Shown: positions 53,877 through 63,484 of the stretch, one piece after another | Layout: every line of letters begins with the position of its first letter | Position numbering within the stretch: the stretch's first letter is position 1 | Source: a virus | Lineage: Duplodnaviria > Caudoviricetes | Direction: 5' to 3' (one strand) | DNA: 64,000 nucleotides | Virus record (IMG/VR): IMGVR_UViG_3300017754_001850 | Span: 2,451-66,450 of that record | Translations under genes and position numbers: made by a program | The notes under the pieces: generated by a model | Database searches by the model: none | What the model saw: the letters and a program-made list of their open reading frames with translations, nothing else | What the model was told of the DNA's origin: nothing

Positions 53877-55211
53877 ATGCCGAGTACCTACACAAGCAAT
53901 AACGGGCTTGAGAAGCCAGCCACAGGTGAGCAAAACAACACCTGGGGCGTGACAGTCGATACTGACTTCGACTTGATCGATCAATCCCTCGACGGCGTGG
54001 TAACCGTATCGCTGACCGGAACGTCATCGAATCTCGCGATCACGAGCGGCGCAGTATCGGATGGGCGAAACCGAGTCGTTGTGTTTAACGGTACGTTGGC
54101 TGCGAACCATACGGTGACGATCACGCCGAATGATGCGGAGAAGTGGTACTTCTTCACGAACAGCACGACAGGCGGGTTTAGCGTCATCATCAAGCAGGGT
54201 AGCGGATCTGGTACCACCGTCACGATCCTGAACAGCTACACGAAGATGGTTCGCGTGGACGGAACCGGAACGAACGCGAACGTCACTGAGGTGATGCCGA
54301 ACCCGTACTTTGGCGGGACGATGGTAGTTGGCGGCACGCTTGGCGTTGGCGGTCCTTTGAATGTGGCTGGCGCGGTGACAGGCGAGGCAGACTCCTCGTT
54401 CAACGGCGTCGACATCGGGCGCGGCGGTGGCGACATCTCCACGAATACCGCCATCGGGGACACGGCCCTTGCCGCGAATACGACCGGATCCGGGAATACA
54501 GCCATGGGCGGCTACAGCTTCTACCAGTTGACCACTGGGGTCAGCAACACCGGCATAGGCTTTGGTGCTGGATTCCAGTCGACTGGGAACTACAATACTG
54601 CCATCGGGTACGCTACACTCTACGCTTCTTCAAGCGCCAATGGCAACACGGCGCTGGGGTACACGGCGCTGTCTGTGTGTACTGGGGGGCAGAACGTCGC
54701 CCTTGGCAATACGGCTGGGTCATTGATTACGACTGGTACAGGCAACGTCATCATCGGCAATAATACCGGCGCGTCAATCGCGACGGCGACGGACAACATC
54801 CTGATCTGTGACGGATCGGGCAATATCCGCATCCGCGCTTCTTCCGCTGGCAACATCGGCATCGGTGTAGCGCCCACGCTTGGCCCGCTTGAGATGGCCT
54901 CAGGCGCTTACGTGACGGCTGGCGGAACGTGGACCAACGCCTCTGATGTGGCGTTGAAGCAGTCGTTCCAGTCTGTTGATAGCGCGTCCATTCTGGATGC
55001 GGTCGCAGCGCTGAACGTCGATAAATGGGAATACAAGGCCGAGCCTGGGGTGGTCCATATTGGACCCACGGCTCAGGACTTCAAGGCTATGTTTGGAGTC
55101 GGCGCAAATGACACGTCGATATCCACGGTAGATGCGATCGGTGTTCTTCTATCGGCAGTGAAGGAGTTGTACCAGAAGGTAAAAATTCTCTCGCAAAAAG
55201 AAACGGGCTGA
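53877..55211 (+). CDS. tail fibre with C-terminal intramolecular chaperone (peptidase S74-like)
   Basis: MPSTYT...NTWG anchor; NTA.G repeats; SD..LK...HIGPTAQDF. Confidence 0.88.
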   Translation: MPSTYTSNNGLEKPATGEQNNTWGVTVDTDFDLIDQSLDGVVTVSLTGTSSNLAITSGAVSDGRNRVVVFNGTLAANHTVTITPNDAEKWYFFTNSTTGGFSVIIKQGSGSGTTVTILNSYTKMVRVDGTGTNANVTEVMPNPYFGGTMVVGGTLGVGGPLNVAGAVTGEADSSFNGVDIGRGGGDISTNTAIGDTALAANTTGSGNTAMGGYSFYQLTTGVSNTGIGFGAGFQSTGNYNTAIGYATLYASSSANGNTALGYTALSVCTGGQNVALGNTAGSLITTGTGNVIIGNNTGASIATATDNILICDGSGNIRIRASSAGNIGIGVAPTLGPLEMASGAYVTAGGTWTNASDVALKQSFQSVDSASILDAVAALNVDKWEYKAEPGVVHIGPTAQDFKAMFGVGANDTSISTVDAIGVLLSAVKELYQKVKILSQKETG

Positions 55212-55214
55212 GAC

Positions 55215-55823
55215 TTGGAATCACTAGTCAAGGAGAAGTTCCCATCCATTTTCATCGCCGGTTCCGCCGTGATACTGGCGATTAAATACATGCCGGTGGC
55301 ATGGAAGGTGGTTAAGCAAATGTACGCTTTACTGAAAGGGCTTGAGGCCGTATCCGCCATCCCGGATCAGGTGAACGCGCTGATGAAGGAAGTCCGACCG
55401 AACGGCGGAGCATCCCTGCGGGACGCCATAGATAGGGCGTCGTCGAAGGTAGACAAGCTCAGCTTCGCGGTAGACGAATTGTCGGCGACTCACTACGTAC
55501 GGTGGAAGATGGCATACGGGGAAGCGAGTTGGCACTCGGACGCTGCCGGTAGATGCACCGCAGCGAACCATCTTCTCTGCGAAATGCTGGACGCCAACGA
55601 GTCTGATATCATCGGCAGCAACTGGAAGAACATGATTCACCCTGACGAGCAGGGTAGGGTGTTTTCTGAGTGGAATAGGATCGTTCACGATGGTGCTCAG
55701 TTCAATATGCAGACCAAGTACCAATCGGCCAACGGAGACACGATCCCTGTCCGATTGAAGGCGAACCCGATTGTCTGTCATGATAAGGTGGTCGGCTGGA
55801 TCGGCACAGCGCACAGGATCTAA
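55215..55823 (+). CDS. membrane-anchored protein with C-terminal PAS domain
   Basis: TM at about aa 11-30; RPNGGASLRD; WHSDAAG.C..AN...IIG.NW...IHPDE..RV..EW; VGWIGT. Confidence 0.8.
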   Translation: MESLVKEKFPSIFIAGSAVILAIKYMPVAWKVVKQMYALLKGLEAVSAIPDQVNALMKEVRPNGGASLRDAIDRASSKVDKLSFAVDELSATHYVRWKMAYGEASWHSDAAGRCTAANHLLCEMLDANESDIIGSNWKNMIHPDEQGRVFSEWNRIVHDGAQFNMQTKYQSANGDTIPVRLKANPIVCHDKVVGWIGTAHRI

Positions 55824-57649
55824 TGCCACTACAGAACCTACAGTTCCGCGCCGGGATCACGAAGGATATCACCGACTACTCGAATAGTGGTGGGTGGTAT
55901 GACTGCGATCTGATCCGGTTCCGAATGGGGTTCCCTGAGACGGTCGGTGGATGGCAGAAGTATTCTGGTTCCCAGTTCATAGGGTCTTGCCGGTGTCTCC
56001 ACCAATGGACGACGCTCGAAGGCATCAACTACACCGGGGTTGGGACTGAGTCTAAACTCTACGTCGAGACTGGTGGTGTCTACTTTGACATTACACCAAT
56101 CCGTAGAACGGTGACGCTAGGCGTGGATCCGCTGGAGACTGAAGCTATCGGCACGAACCGGGTTATCGTCACTGACGTGGCGAATGGGTGCGTGCTTGGC
56201 GATTACGTGACGTTCTCAGGTGCGACGGCTTTCGATAACTACACGATCGGGATGCTGAATACCGAGCATGTCGTCGCTGAGGTCGTGGACGATGACACCT
56301 ACGTGATCGAGATTACCGGGGCGGTGTCTGCCGGTGCCGGTGTCACTGGCGGTGGAGCGGCGGTGGTAGCCGCGTATCAGATCAACGTCGGTCCGAATAC
56401 CCAGGTGTTTGGTACCGGGTGGGGAACTGGAACGTGGGGGCGTGGCACATGGGGATCGGCGTCGACATCTGGTGTCAGCACTGGTCAGCTTCGCGTGTGG
56501 TCGATGGACAACTTCGGGGAAGACCTCGTTGCCTGCGTTCGCGGCGGCGGCATCTACTACTGGACGGCGAGTACAGGAACGAGTGTTCGTGCTGTGGCGC
56601 TATCCGATCTGGCTGGGTCGAATCAGGCACCCACGATTGGGGCGGAGGTATTCGTATCCGATCTGAACCGATCGATCGTTGTCCTTGGTGCTAATGAGAA
56701 TGGTTCGGCGACACAGGATCTAATGCTGATTCGGTGGTGCTCATCGGAGGACGCCACTGAATGGGAACCTACGCGAGAGACGACGGCTGGAAGCTATCGG
56801 CTGTCGTCGGGGTCGCAGATCATCACGGGTATCCGCGCTCGCGAAGAGACGGCTATCTGGACGGACAAGACGCTATTCACGATGCAGTTCGTTGGGCCTC
56901 CGTATACGTTTGGGTTCACACTGATGGGCGAAAACGTGTCTATCGTTGGGCCGAACGCGGCGGCTGAGGCGAGAAACACCCTATTCTGGATGGACATTAA
57001 CGAGTTCAAAGTGTACACCGGCAGCGTGTCTTCGATGCCATGCACGGTGCAGAACTACGTGTTCGACGACATCAACCTGGACCAGCGGTACAAGATCGTC
57101 TGCGGAACGAACGTCCGATACAACGAAATCTGGTGGTTCTACCCGAGCGCCTCGTCCAGTGAGAACGACCGATACGTGACATTCAACTACATCGACGGGG
57201 TATGGGCGATCGGTTCACTTGAGCGGACGTTCTGGCATGACACTTCATTCTCAGGTGGGTACCCGATCGCAACGAACGATGGGTACATCTACATCCACGA
57301 TTACGGTACGACCGCTGATGGTGAGGCGATGGAACCGTTCATTGAAGGATCTGACCTTGCGGTGAGCGAAGGGAACCAGTATGCCTTCATCAAGCGGCTG
57401 ATCCCGGACATTCGGTTTAACGGGCAGAATGAGACGCCGGTAGCGTCGTTCGAGATCCTTCGGCGGAACTTCCCAGGGCAGAGTTTTTCGGTTGGGTACA
57501 CGTCCGAGGTGTTGTCCGATACGACAGAGAAGTTCGTTCGCGTGCGTGGGCGGCAATTTGCGCTTCGGGTGTCGTCGAGTTCAGCGAACATGGGGTGGAG
57601 TCTTGGAACACAGAGGCTTGAGATCAGGCCGGATGGGCAGAAGGCATGA
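55823..57649 (+). CDS. tail tubular B / P22 gp10-like DNA-stabilisation protein
   Basis: W.D.D.IRFR.G.PE..GGW, WS.DNFGEDL, EIWWFYPS, RVRGRQ. Confidence 0.85.
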   Translation: MPLQNLQFRAGITKDITDYSNSGGWYDCDLIRFRMGFPETVGGWQKYSGSQFIGSCRCLHQWTTLEGINYTGVGTESKLYVETGGVYFDITPIRRTVTLGVDPLETEAIGTNRVIVTDVANGCVLGDYVTFSGATAFDNYTIGMLNTEHVVAEVVDDDTYVIEITGAVSAGAGVTGGGAAVVAAYQINVGPNTQVFGTGWGTGTWGRGTWGSASTSGVSTGQLRVWSMDNFGEDLVACVRGGGIYYWTASTGTSVRAVALSDLAGSNQAPTIGAEVFVSDLNRSIVVLGANENGSATQDLMLIRWCSSEDATEWEPTRETTAGSYRLSSGSQIITGIRAREETAIWTDKTLFTMQFVGPPYTFGFTLMGENVSIVGPNAAAEARNTLFWMDINEFKVYTGSVSSMPCTVQNYVFDDINLDQRYKIVCGTNVRYNEIWWFYPSASSSENDRYVTFNYIDGVWAIGSLERTFWHDTSFSGGYPIATNDGYIYIHDYGTTADGEAMEPFIEGSDLAVSEGNQYAFIKRLIPDIRFNGQNETPVASFEILRRNFPGQSFSVGYTSEVLSDTTEKFVRVRGRQFALRVSSSSANMGWSLGTQRLEIRPDGQKA

Positions 57650-57939
57650 ACCTCAAGGTTAAAGTCGCCGCGCTCCCGATCCCTCCCGGCGAGTACAAGC
57701 GCGAAGATTTCAATCAGATCATTCGCAAACTGAACCAACTGATAGATAATGTATTTAACCCAGGCGATATCGTCTGTTCTTCGGTCCAAATCATCGACGC
57801 ACCGGAGAATGGGTACGGGTTACCAGTGAATGGCGTGTACGTCGATGCAAGCGGAATATTGAGGGTGGCTCGACTGGAGGATGTTTTTGCACCATCCTTT
57901 AGGGTTCGGGTCAAATTGAATAATGTAACCGTTTCATAG
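57646..57939 (+). CDS. small tail protein
   Basis: LPIPP.EY...QIIR.L motif after the gp10-like gene. Confidence 0.7.
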   Translation: MNLKVKVAALPIPPGEYKREDFNQIIRKLNQLIDNVFNPGDIVCSSVQIIDAPENGYGLPVNGVYVDASGILRVARLEDVFAPSFRVRVKLNNVTVS

Positions 57940-57947
57940 AGGTTCGC

Positions 57948-58775
57948 TTGTCCTTAGAACACGTCGCTAAAAGCCTGGAGAAGCACGGGCGTAAGGGTGA
58001 TACGATGCTGATGCACGTTAACCCGACAGAGCTTCAGGTGCTGGAATCGCTACTGGGGAAGACGACGGTGAACCCGACGACCGGGTTGCCGGAGGCGTTC
58101 TCGTGGAAGAAGCTGCTGGCAGGGCTTGGCGTCGTGGGGGCTGGCGCACTCACAGCTTTTACGGGTGGGGCTGCGGCACCACTACTGGCACCTGCATTAG
58201 CCGCCGCTGGCATCGGGACATCTATCTCTTCGATCTTTGATAAAGGAAAAAAGAAGTCCACTGCGTCTGAGGCTGGCGAGCATCTTGATAAGCGCAACGA
58301 GCAGCGAGTCGCCGACCAGTACAAGTTCGCGCCTCCTACAACTACGCTTTCTTCCATCTCTGATCAAGTTAACGACGCGAACAACCCGCGAACCGACCTT
58401 CTCGGCAGGCAGCACAATTGGTACCAGCCGCCGATGGTAAACCGCATGGGCCAAGGTTTTGCCAAAGGAGGTCAAGTGACAGAGGCGCAGGCAAAAGAAA
58501 CCGTCCTAGCGATGCTCGCCAAGATGAAGCAGCAACAGCCCCAAGCCATGGCGCAAGGACGACGTGTTCAAGGCCCTGGCACTGGCCTTGATGACTCCAT
58601 CCCCGCGCGGCTGTCAGTTGGTGAGTATGTCATCCCTGCCGACGTGGTGTCGATGATGGGCGACGGGTCGACTGAGGCAGGCGGGAAAAAGTTGGATGAA
58701 CTGCTGCAGATGGTTCGTATGCAAAAGACTGGCACGAAGAAGCAGGCGAAACCGCTTCGGCTGGGGAGATTGTAA
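57948..58775 (+). CDS. internal virion / ejection protein
   Basis: GRKGDTMLMHVNP.E, NPTTGLPE, GPGTG.DDSIPARLS.GEYVIPADVV. Confidence 0.75.
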   Translation: MSLEHVAKSLEKHGRKGDTMLMHVNPTELQVLESLLGKTTVNPTTGLPEAFSWKKLLAGLGVVGAGALTAFTGGAAAPLLAPALAAAGIGTSISSIFDKGKKKSTASEAGEHLDKRNEQRVADQYKFAPPTTTLSSISDQVNDANNPRTDLLGRQHNWYQPPMVNRMGQGFAKGGQVTEAQAKETVLAMLAKMKQQQPQAMAQGRRVQGPGTGLDDSIPARLSVGEYVIPADVVSMMGDGSTEAGGKKLDELLQMVRMQKTGTKKQAKPLRLGRL

Positions 58776-61684
58776 TGGCTGAAACCGCATCGTCCGTAAA
58801 CATCAACGACATTCCAGAGGAACTAAAAGGGTACCGCAAGGCGCTCCTGAACGCGGCGTTTGGGCAGGTATTTACCCCTGAGTACCTGCGAATGCAGATC
58901 CCTACAGCGGAGTTCCCCGGCGCGTCCGTCCCTCAGCAACCGCAGCAGCCCATGCAGCAGACGCTGCCAGTAGAGCAAGTCCAGCACCCTGATATTCAGC
59001 AGAACGACTACTCCAACTACCTCGGTCAAATCGCTGGCATGGGTGATCTTGGCGACTCGGCTGGAGCATTGGAGGAGATGCTATCGCATCGGGTCCAGTA
59101 CGCTAGCGGGGGCCTTGCCAGTGCGGCTGAGATCATTGAGAGGATGTTGGCTGGTGACGTGAACCTTGGAGAGAGCGGCACTCCTCTTGGCGGCTACACC
59201 CCGCCGATGATCGTGAGTCCGCAGCCGAATCTCCCTGTGAACCCTATCTCGACCGGGACGAGACAGCCTCCCGCCCCTCTCCCGCCTACTGTCACCCCGC
59301 CTGCTACTGCTGGGCCTAACGGCGTCATCACCACCCCCACTACGGGCACTCTCCCGGTCGGGAACCCGAACCCTACGCCGCCTCCTCAGATCGGCGGTGG
59401 CATCCAGGGACCAAGCACCAATATTCCTCGCCCCACCCATAACCAGAACGGGTTCAACTATGCGCCAGCGATGTTCAGCGCCGCCAAGCCAGCCAACTTC
59501 GCTGGTGCCGCAGAAGCCGCGCGAGCGGGCTACAATCCGGCGCAGTATGCTGACGACTCCGTGGCTCAGGAGTTGGCGCGCCAGATGGGTGGGAACGTCG
59601 CCTACACGAATACCGTTGGGGCCATCGCTCCTCCGTCGCAGGCCATGATTGACGCTGGTGGATCCAACATGCACAACGCAGGGTTGATCGCCGACATCAA
59701 TCGCCGGTTCGCCGATGACGAGGGGATGCGCAAGTTCGCTCTCGATAACTTGCGGCAGGAGATTCGCTCATACGGCGGAGATACGGGCGGATTCGCGCAG
59801 GGCGGCATCGTGAAGATGGCTGAAGGTGGAACGGTGAATCCGTTTGGCACCGGCACGACGTCAACGCAAACCAACACCCCTCCCGGATTTCAGGCTGGAG
59901 CCTTTAACCCGTATCAGGCATACGGAGGGCAGCGCATCCTCGGCATGGGCAACCAAGGTCAAGTCGACCAGAACGGGTTCCTGCAAGCCAGTGACTTGAC
60001 GCGCAATGCCCTTGCCGGGTACGGGAACATCCCGTCTTACTTCAGCAACGGTGAGATCGATGCTGGCCGGAACGCACAAGGCCAAGCAACTACGCCGCTT
60101 GGAATCGCCAACGACACGTTTGATACGGCTGGCAACCTTGCGATCAACGCGAGCCAGAACGCGCAAGACTTGAGTTGGCGGTCGCCGCTACAGTCTACGT
60201 TCGGGACGGCACTCGGGAAGATCGCCGAGAACCCGTCGATGTTCCAGGCTGGCGACATATCGCTCGGGCAGTTAACCGCGCCTCAACTTGACCAGCCGAT
60301 CGGTGTTGGTACGTCGCAATTGACCTCGTACCAGATGGCTGGCCCTCGCATGGTCGATATGTCCGGGGCGAACATCAACCCTTCTTACATGAATGGGCCT
60401 GGGGATGTGGACGCCAATAGCATCTTCTCTCGGTTCGGCAACACGCAGATGGGACCGGCGAATCAGGTTAACGGTGGGCAGATCGGAGTCGGTCAGTTTA
60501 CGGATCCAGGTGTTCGCGATGCCTACATGTCGCCGTTCATGCAGTCAGTTGTTGACGTGCAGCGTGACCGAGCAAACCAAGACTTCCGTGAATCACAGGC
60601 GTCCCGCAGCGCGGCGGCAATCAAAGCCGGTGCGTTTGGCGGGAACCGCCAAGCCGTTGCCGACTCGCTCGCAGAGCGCGACAAACAGCAGTTGCTGAAC
60701 CAGATCCAGGCTGCCGGGTCACAGGCCGCTTTTGAGAACGCGCAGCAACAGTATGAGCGCGATCGCGGCGCATCCGTCGACGGGCAGAAGTTCAACGTCA
60801 ACTCTCGGATGCAGGGTGATCTTGCGAACCAGCAGGCTGGGCTACAGGTAGGCATTGCCAACCAAAACGCAGGTATCGCTGGCAATCAGTTGATGGGCAA
60901 CCTCGGATTGCAGTCGTTGCTTGCCAACCAGGGGATGCGCTACAACACGCAGGCGGCGAACCAAGGCGCGTACATGGACGCTGCCAGCCGCAACCAGTCT
61001 GCTGGGCTTCAGGCGCAACTCGCGAATCAGGGCGCGATCCAGTCGGCGAACCAAGCAAACCTCGGGGCGGCACTGGGCGTACAGGAGTTGGGTGCTAACC
61101 AGTACATGCAGTCTCAGCTTGCCAACCAGAATGCTGGCTTGACGGCTGGACAGGCGAATCAGAACGCGGCACTCCAGACGCAGGCGCTGGCTCGCAATAG
61201 CGGACTCACAGCGGCGCAGGCGAACCAGAACACGCGGCTGTCGCAGAACACCACGCTACTCGACGCGATTGCTAAGGCTGACCAGTTGCAACAGCAGGCG
61301 GCGCAGGGGAACTTCTCGAATCAACTCAACGCCATGGGCCAGCAGACAAACTCTGCTCTCGCGGCAAACTCGATCGGGCAGAACAGGGCCGACCTTGGGC
61401 GGTTGGCGCAGGCACAGGAACTCCTCCGGCTGCAGTCGATGGGTCAGGCTGGTGCTGGCATCGATACGCGGACGCAGGGCGCTCTCGACCTCGGGTATCA
61501 GGACTGGACGAACCAGATGAACTACCCGTATCAGCAGATGAACTACCTGCAGGCGTTGCTTGCCGGGACGCCGATGGGGTACAACCAAGAAGGCGTGCAG
61601 TTCCAGAAGACGAACCCGCTGTCGCAGATCGCTGGGCTTGGGACAGCGGCGCTCGGGGCGTATCGAACGAGTCAGGGAGGGTAG
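58775..61684 (+). CDS. DNA ejection / pilot protein
   Basis: Gln/Asn-rich; YMSPFMQSVV, GAFGG.R, ANQ repeats, SQIAGLG terminus. Confidence 0.8.
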   Translation: MAETASSVNINDIPEELKGYRKALLNAAFGQVFTPEYLRMQIPTAEFPGASVPQQPQQPMQQTLPVEQVQHPDIQQNDYSNYLGQIAGMGDLGDSAGALEEMLSHRVQYASGGLASAAEIIERMLAGDVNLGESGTPLGGYTPPMIVSPQPNLPVNPISTGTRQPPAPLPPTVTPPATAGPNGVITTPTTGTLPVGNPNPTPPPQIGGGIQGPSTNIPRPTHNQNGFNYAPAMFSAAKPANFAGAAEAARAGYNPAQYADDSVAQELARQMGGNVAYTNTVGAIAPPSQAMIDAGGSNMHNAGLIADINRRFADDEGMRKFALDNLRQEIRSYGGDTGGFAQGGIVKMAEGGTVNPFGTGTTSTQTNTPPGFQAGAFNPYQAYGGQRILGMGNQGQVDQNGFLQASDLTRNALAGYGNIPSYFSNGEIDAGRNAQGQATTPLGIANDTFDTAGNLAINASQNAQDLSWRSPLQSTFGTALGKIAENPSMFQAGDISLGQLTAPQLDQPIGVGTSQLTSYQMAGPRMVDMSGANINPSYMNGPGDVDANSIFSRFGNTQMGPANQVNGGQIGVGQFTDPGVRDAYMSPFMQSVVDVQRDRANQDFRESQASRSAAAIKAGAFGGNRQAVADSLAERDKQQLLNQIQAAGSQAAFENAQQQYERDRGASVDGQKFNVNSRMQGDLANQQAGLQVGIANQNAGIAGNQLMGNLGLQSLLANQGMRYNTQAANQGAYMDAASRNQSAGLQAQLANQGAIQSANQANLGAALGVQELGANQYMQSQLANQNAGLTAGQANQNAALQTQALARNSGLTAAQANQNTRLSQNTTLLDAIAKADQLQQQAAQGNFSNQLNAMGQQTNSALAANSIGQNRADLGRLAQAQELLRLQSMGQAGAGIDTRTQGALDLGYQDWTNQMNYPYQQMNYLQALLAGTPMGYNQEGVQFQKTNPLSQIAGLGTAALGAYRTSQGG

Positions 61685-61687
61685 GGA

Positions 61688-61984
61688 ATGAACGATATTG
61701 CTAGTATCTCAGAGAGAATTAACAAGTTGGTGGATGATGTATTCACTCCATCTCCGGATATCAATATTGGGTCAGACCTTGATAGGTTCACCGCCATGCT
61801 TGACTGTATGGGCATAGGCTATGAGCAACACGAGTGCGACGGCGATATAGAGGTATCGCTTTGCACTAATTCGTTTAGCGACACGGATCACGCGAAGCTG
61901 TGCTTCTATTCGATGGAAGGCCATGACCCATACTTCAAGTTCTCCCCAGACGGTTCGTTTCTGTTTTACGGCGTAAACCCATGA
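61688..61984 (+). CDS. orphan acidic hypothetical protein
   Basis: 98 aa; ATGA overlap with the next gene. Confidence 0.6.
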   Translation: MNDIASISERINKLVDDVFTPSPDINIGSDLDRFTAMLDCMGIGYEQHECDGDIEVSLCTNSFSDTDHAKLCFYSMEGHDPYFKFSPDGSFLFYGVNP

Positions 61985-63477
61985 ATCTCATCCAGCAAGC
62001 CGAACAACTGAAGTCTCTTCCTGATCAGGCTCTCGCGCAGATGCAGCAGCGTCCTACTGAGGTACCGCCGTATCTGATCGTCGCTGAGATGCAGCGGCGT
62101 GCTTCGATGCGTAAGGCGTTCCAAGGAGCGCAGGCTATGGCGCAGCCGCAGCAGCCGCCCGTGGCACAGCAGTTGGCACAGCCTCCGATGCAACAGCAGC
62201 CGTTGCAGATGGCTGGTGGTGGGAGGGTTAAGCCGCCACCAGGTGGGCTTGCCAGCTTGGCCGGGTACTTCAGCCAGATGAGCGGCGGTAACGACAGCGG
62301 TGGCCCCATCGGCCAGTACGACATGACGCCGTACTTCCAGAGCATGAGCGGTCCTGAGGAAGTCGACCAGTCGATGATCGGCATGGACCTCCCCAGCTAC
62401 TCCAGCATGAACGACGCTGGCTTCAACGCGCAACGCGCCTTGAAACTAAACCCGAAAGCGCCACGTGACTGGCAAGAACACATGAAACTCATGGAGGCGC
62501 AGTCAGGAGAGTCCCCGCTAAAGGCTATCGCGGACAAGTACGGTGCCGACGAAGAGAAGTACCGTAACAAGAAGATGGGCCTTGGCGAGATCCTGATGAA
62601 CCTCGGCCTGTCTATGGCTGCGTCTCGTCGCCCTGACTTTCTCGGTGCGCTTGGAGAGGGCGGCGTCGGCGCTCTGCAGGGGTGGCGACAGGACAAGGAC
62701 CGCAACGTCGCACTTGCTCAGCGCGCAGCGGCTGGACGTGAACGAGCGATGGAAGGTGTGCAGCGCCACAAAGACCGGATTCAGGACTACTCGATCGACG
62801 CGGCTCGCTCCGATCAGGCGCGCTACAACCAGGAACGCCAGTACGACATGTCGATTGAGGCGCAGATCCAGCGACAGGCGCGGGACGAGGGCAACCAAGC
62901 GGCGATGATGGAGCGGCAGGAAGCCGCGCAACGGGCGATGGAAGACAGGCTTATCAAGAAGGACGAGTTGGATACGACTCGCCGCGCGAACGAGTCTGAG
63001 GTGGCGTTTGGTCGACAAAAGGAACTAGCTGAACTGAGTGCTAGACTGCACCCCCAGCGAGCGAGCGGTGCTGACGAGCGCACGCAAACGCTCCAGTTGA
63101 TTGGTGCCTACAACCTGATGGCAGATGACGCGCTTAAAGAGGCTGAGCATCTGGAAGCACAGGCTAATACTATCGTCGCCACTAAAGATCCAAAGCATCC
63201 CGACTCAATGCGAAAGCAGGCGTTGCTTGCCAAGGCGCAGGAAGCTCGTGGACTGGCCGATGCGCATAAACGGCAGCGTGCCGCGATGCTTGACAGCCTA
63301 TCAGAGAAGGCTGGGTATTCGAGGCCGAAGGGTGATGCACCGCCGCCGAAAGACGAGGAAGAAGTCCCCACTATCAAACTGACTGGACCGCAGCCCCAAA
63401 AGCCGCAAGGCCCCTGCATGATGGATGGTCTAGGCAAGTGGTTCTCCTATCACGCTCCCCTGCCGTGGAACCAGTAG
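61981..63477 (+). CDS. internal virion / ejection protein
   Basis: LKSLPDQAL...PPYLIVAEMQRR, LMNLGLSMAAS; helical. Confidence 0.75.
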   Translation: MNLIQQAEQLKSLPDQALAQMQQRPTEVPPYLIVAEMQRRASMRKAFQGAQAMAQPQQPPVAQQLAQPPMQQQPLQMAGGGRVKPPPGGLASLAGYFSQMSGGNDSGGPIGQYDMTPYFQSMSGPEEVDQSMIGMDLPSYSSMNDAGFNAQRALKLNPKAPRDWQEHMKLMEAQSGESPLKAIADKYGADEEKYRNKKMGLGEILMNLGLSMAASRRPDFLGALGEGGVGALQGWRQDKDRNVALAQRAAAGRERAMEGVQRHKDRIQDYSIDAARSDQARYNQERQYDMSIEAQIQRQARDEGNQAAMMERQEAAQRAMEDRLIKKDELDTTRRANESEVAFGRQKELAELSARLHPQRASGADERTQTLQLIGAYNLMADDALKEAEHLEAQANTIVATKDPKHPDSMRKQALLAKAQEARGLADAHKRQRAAMLDSLSEKAGYSRPKGDAPPPKDEEEVPTIKLTGPQPQKPQGPCMMDGLGKWFSYHAPLPWNQ

Positions 63478-63484
63478 GCGCTAA

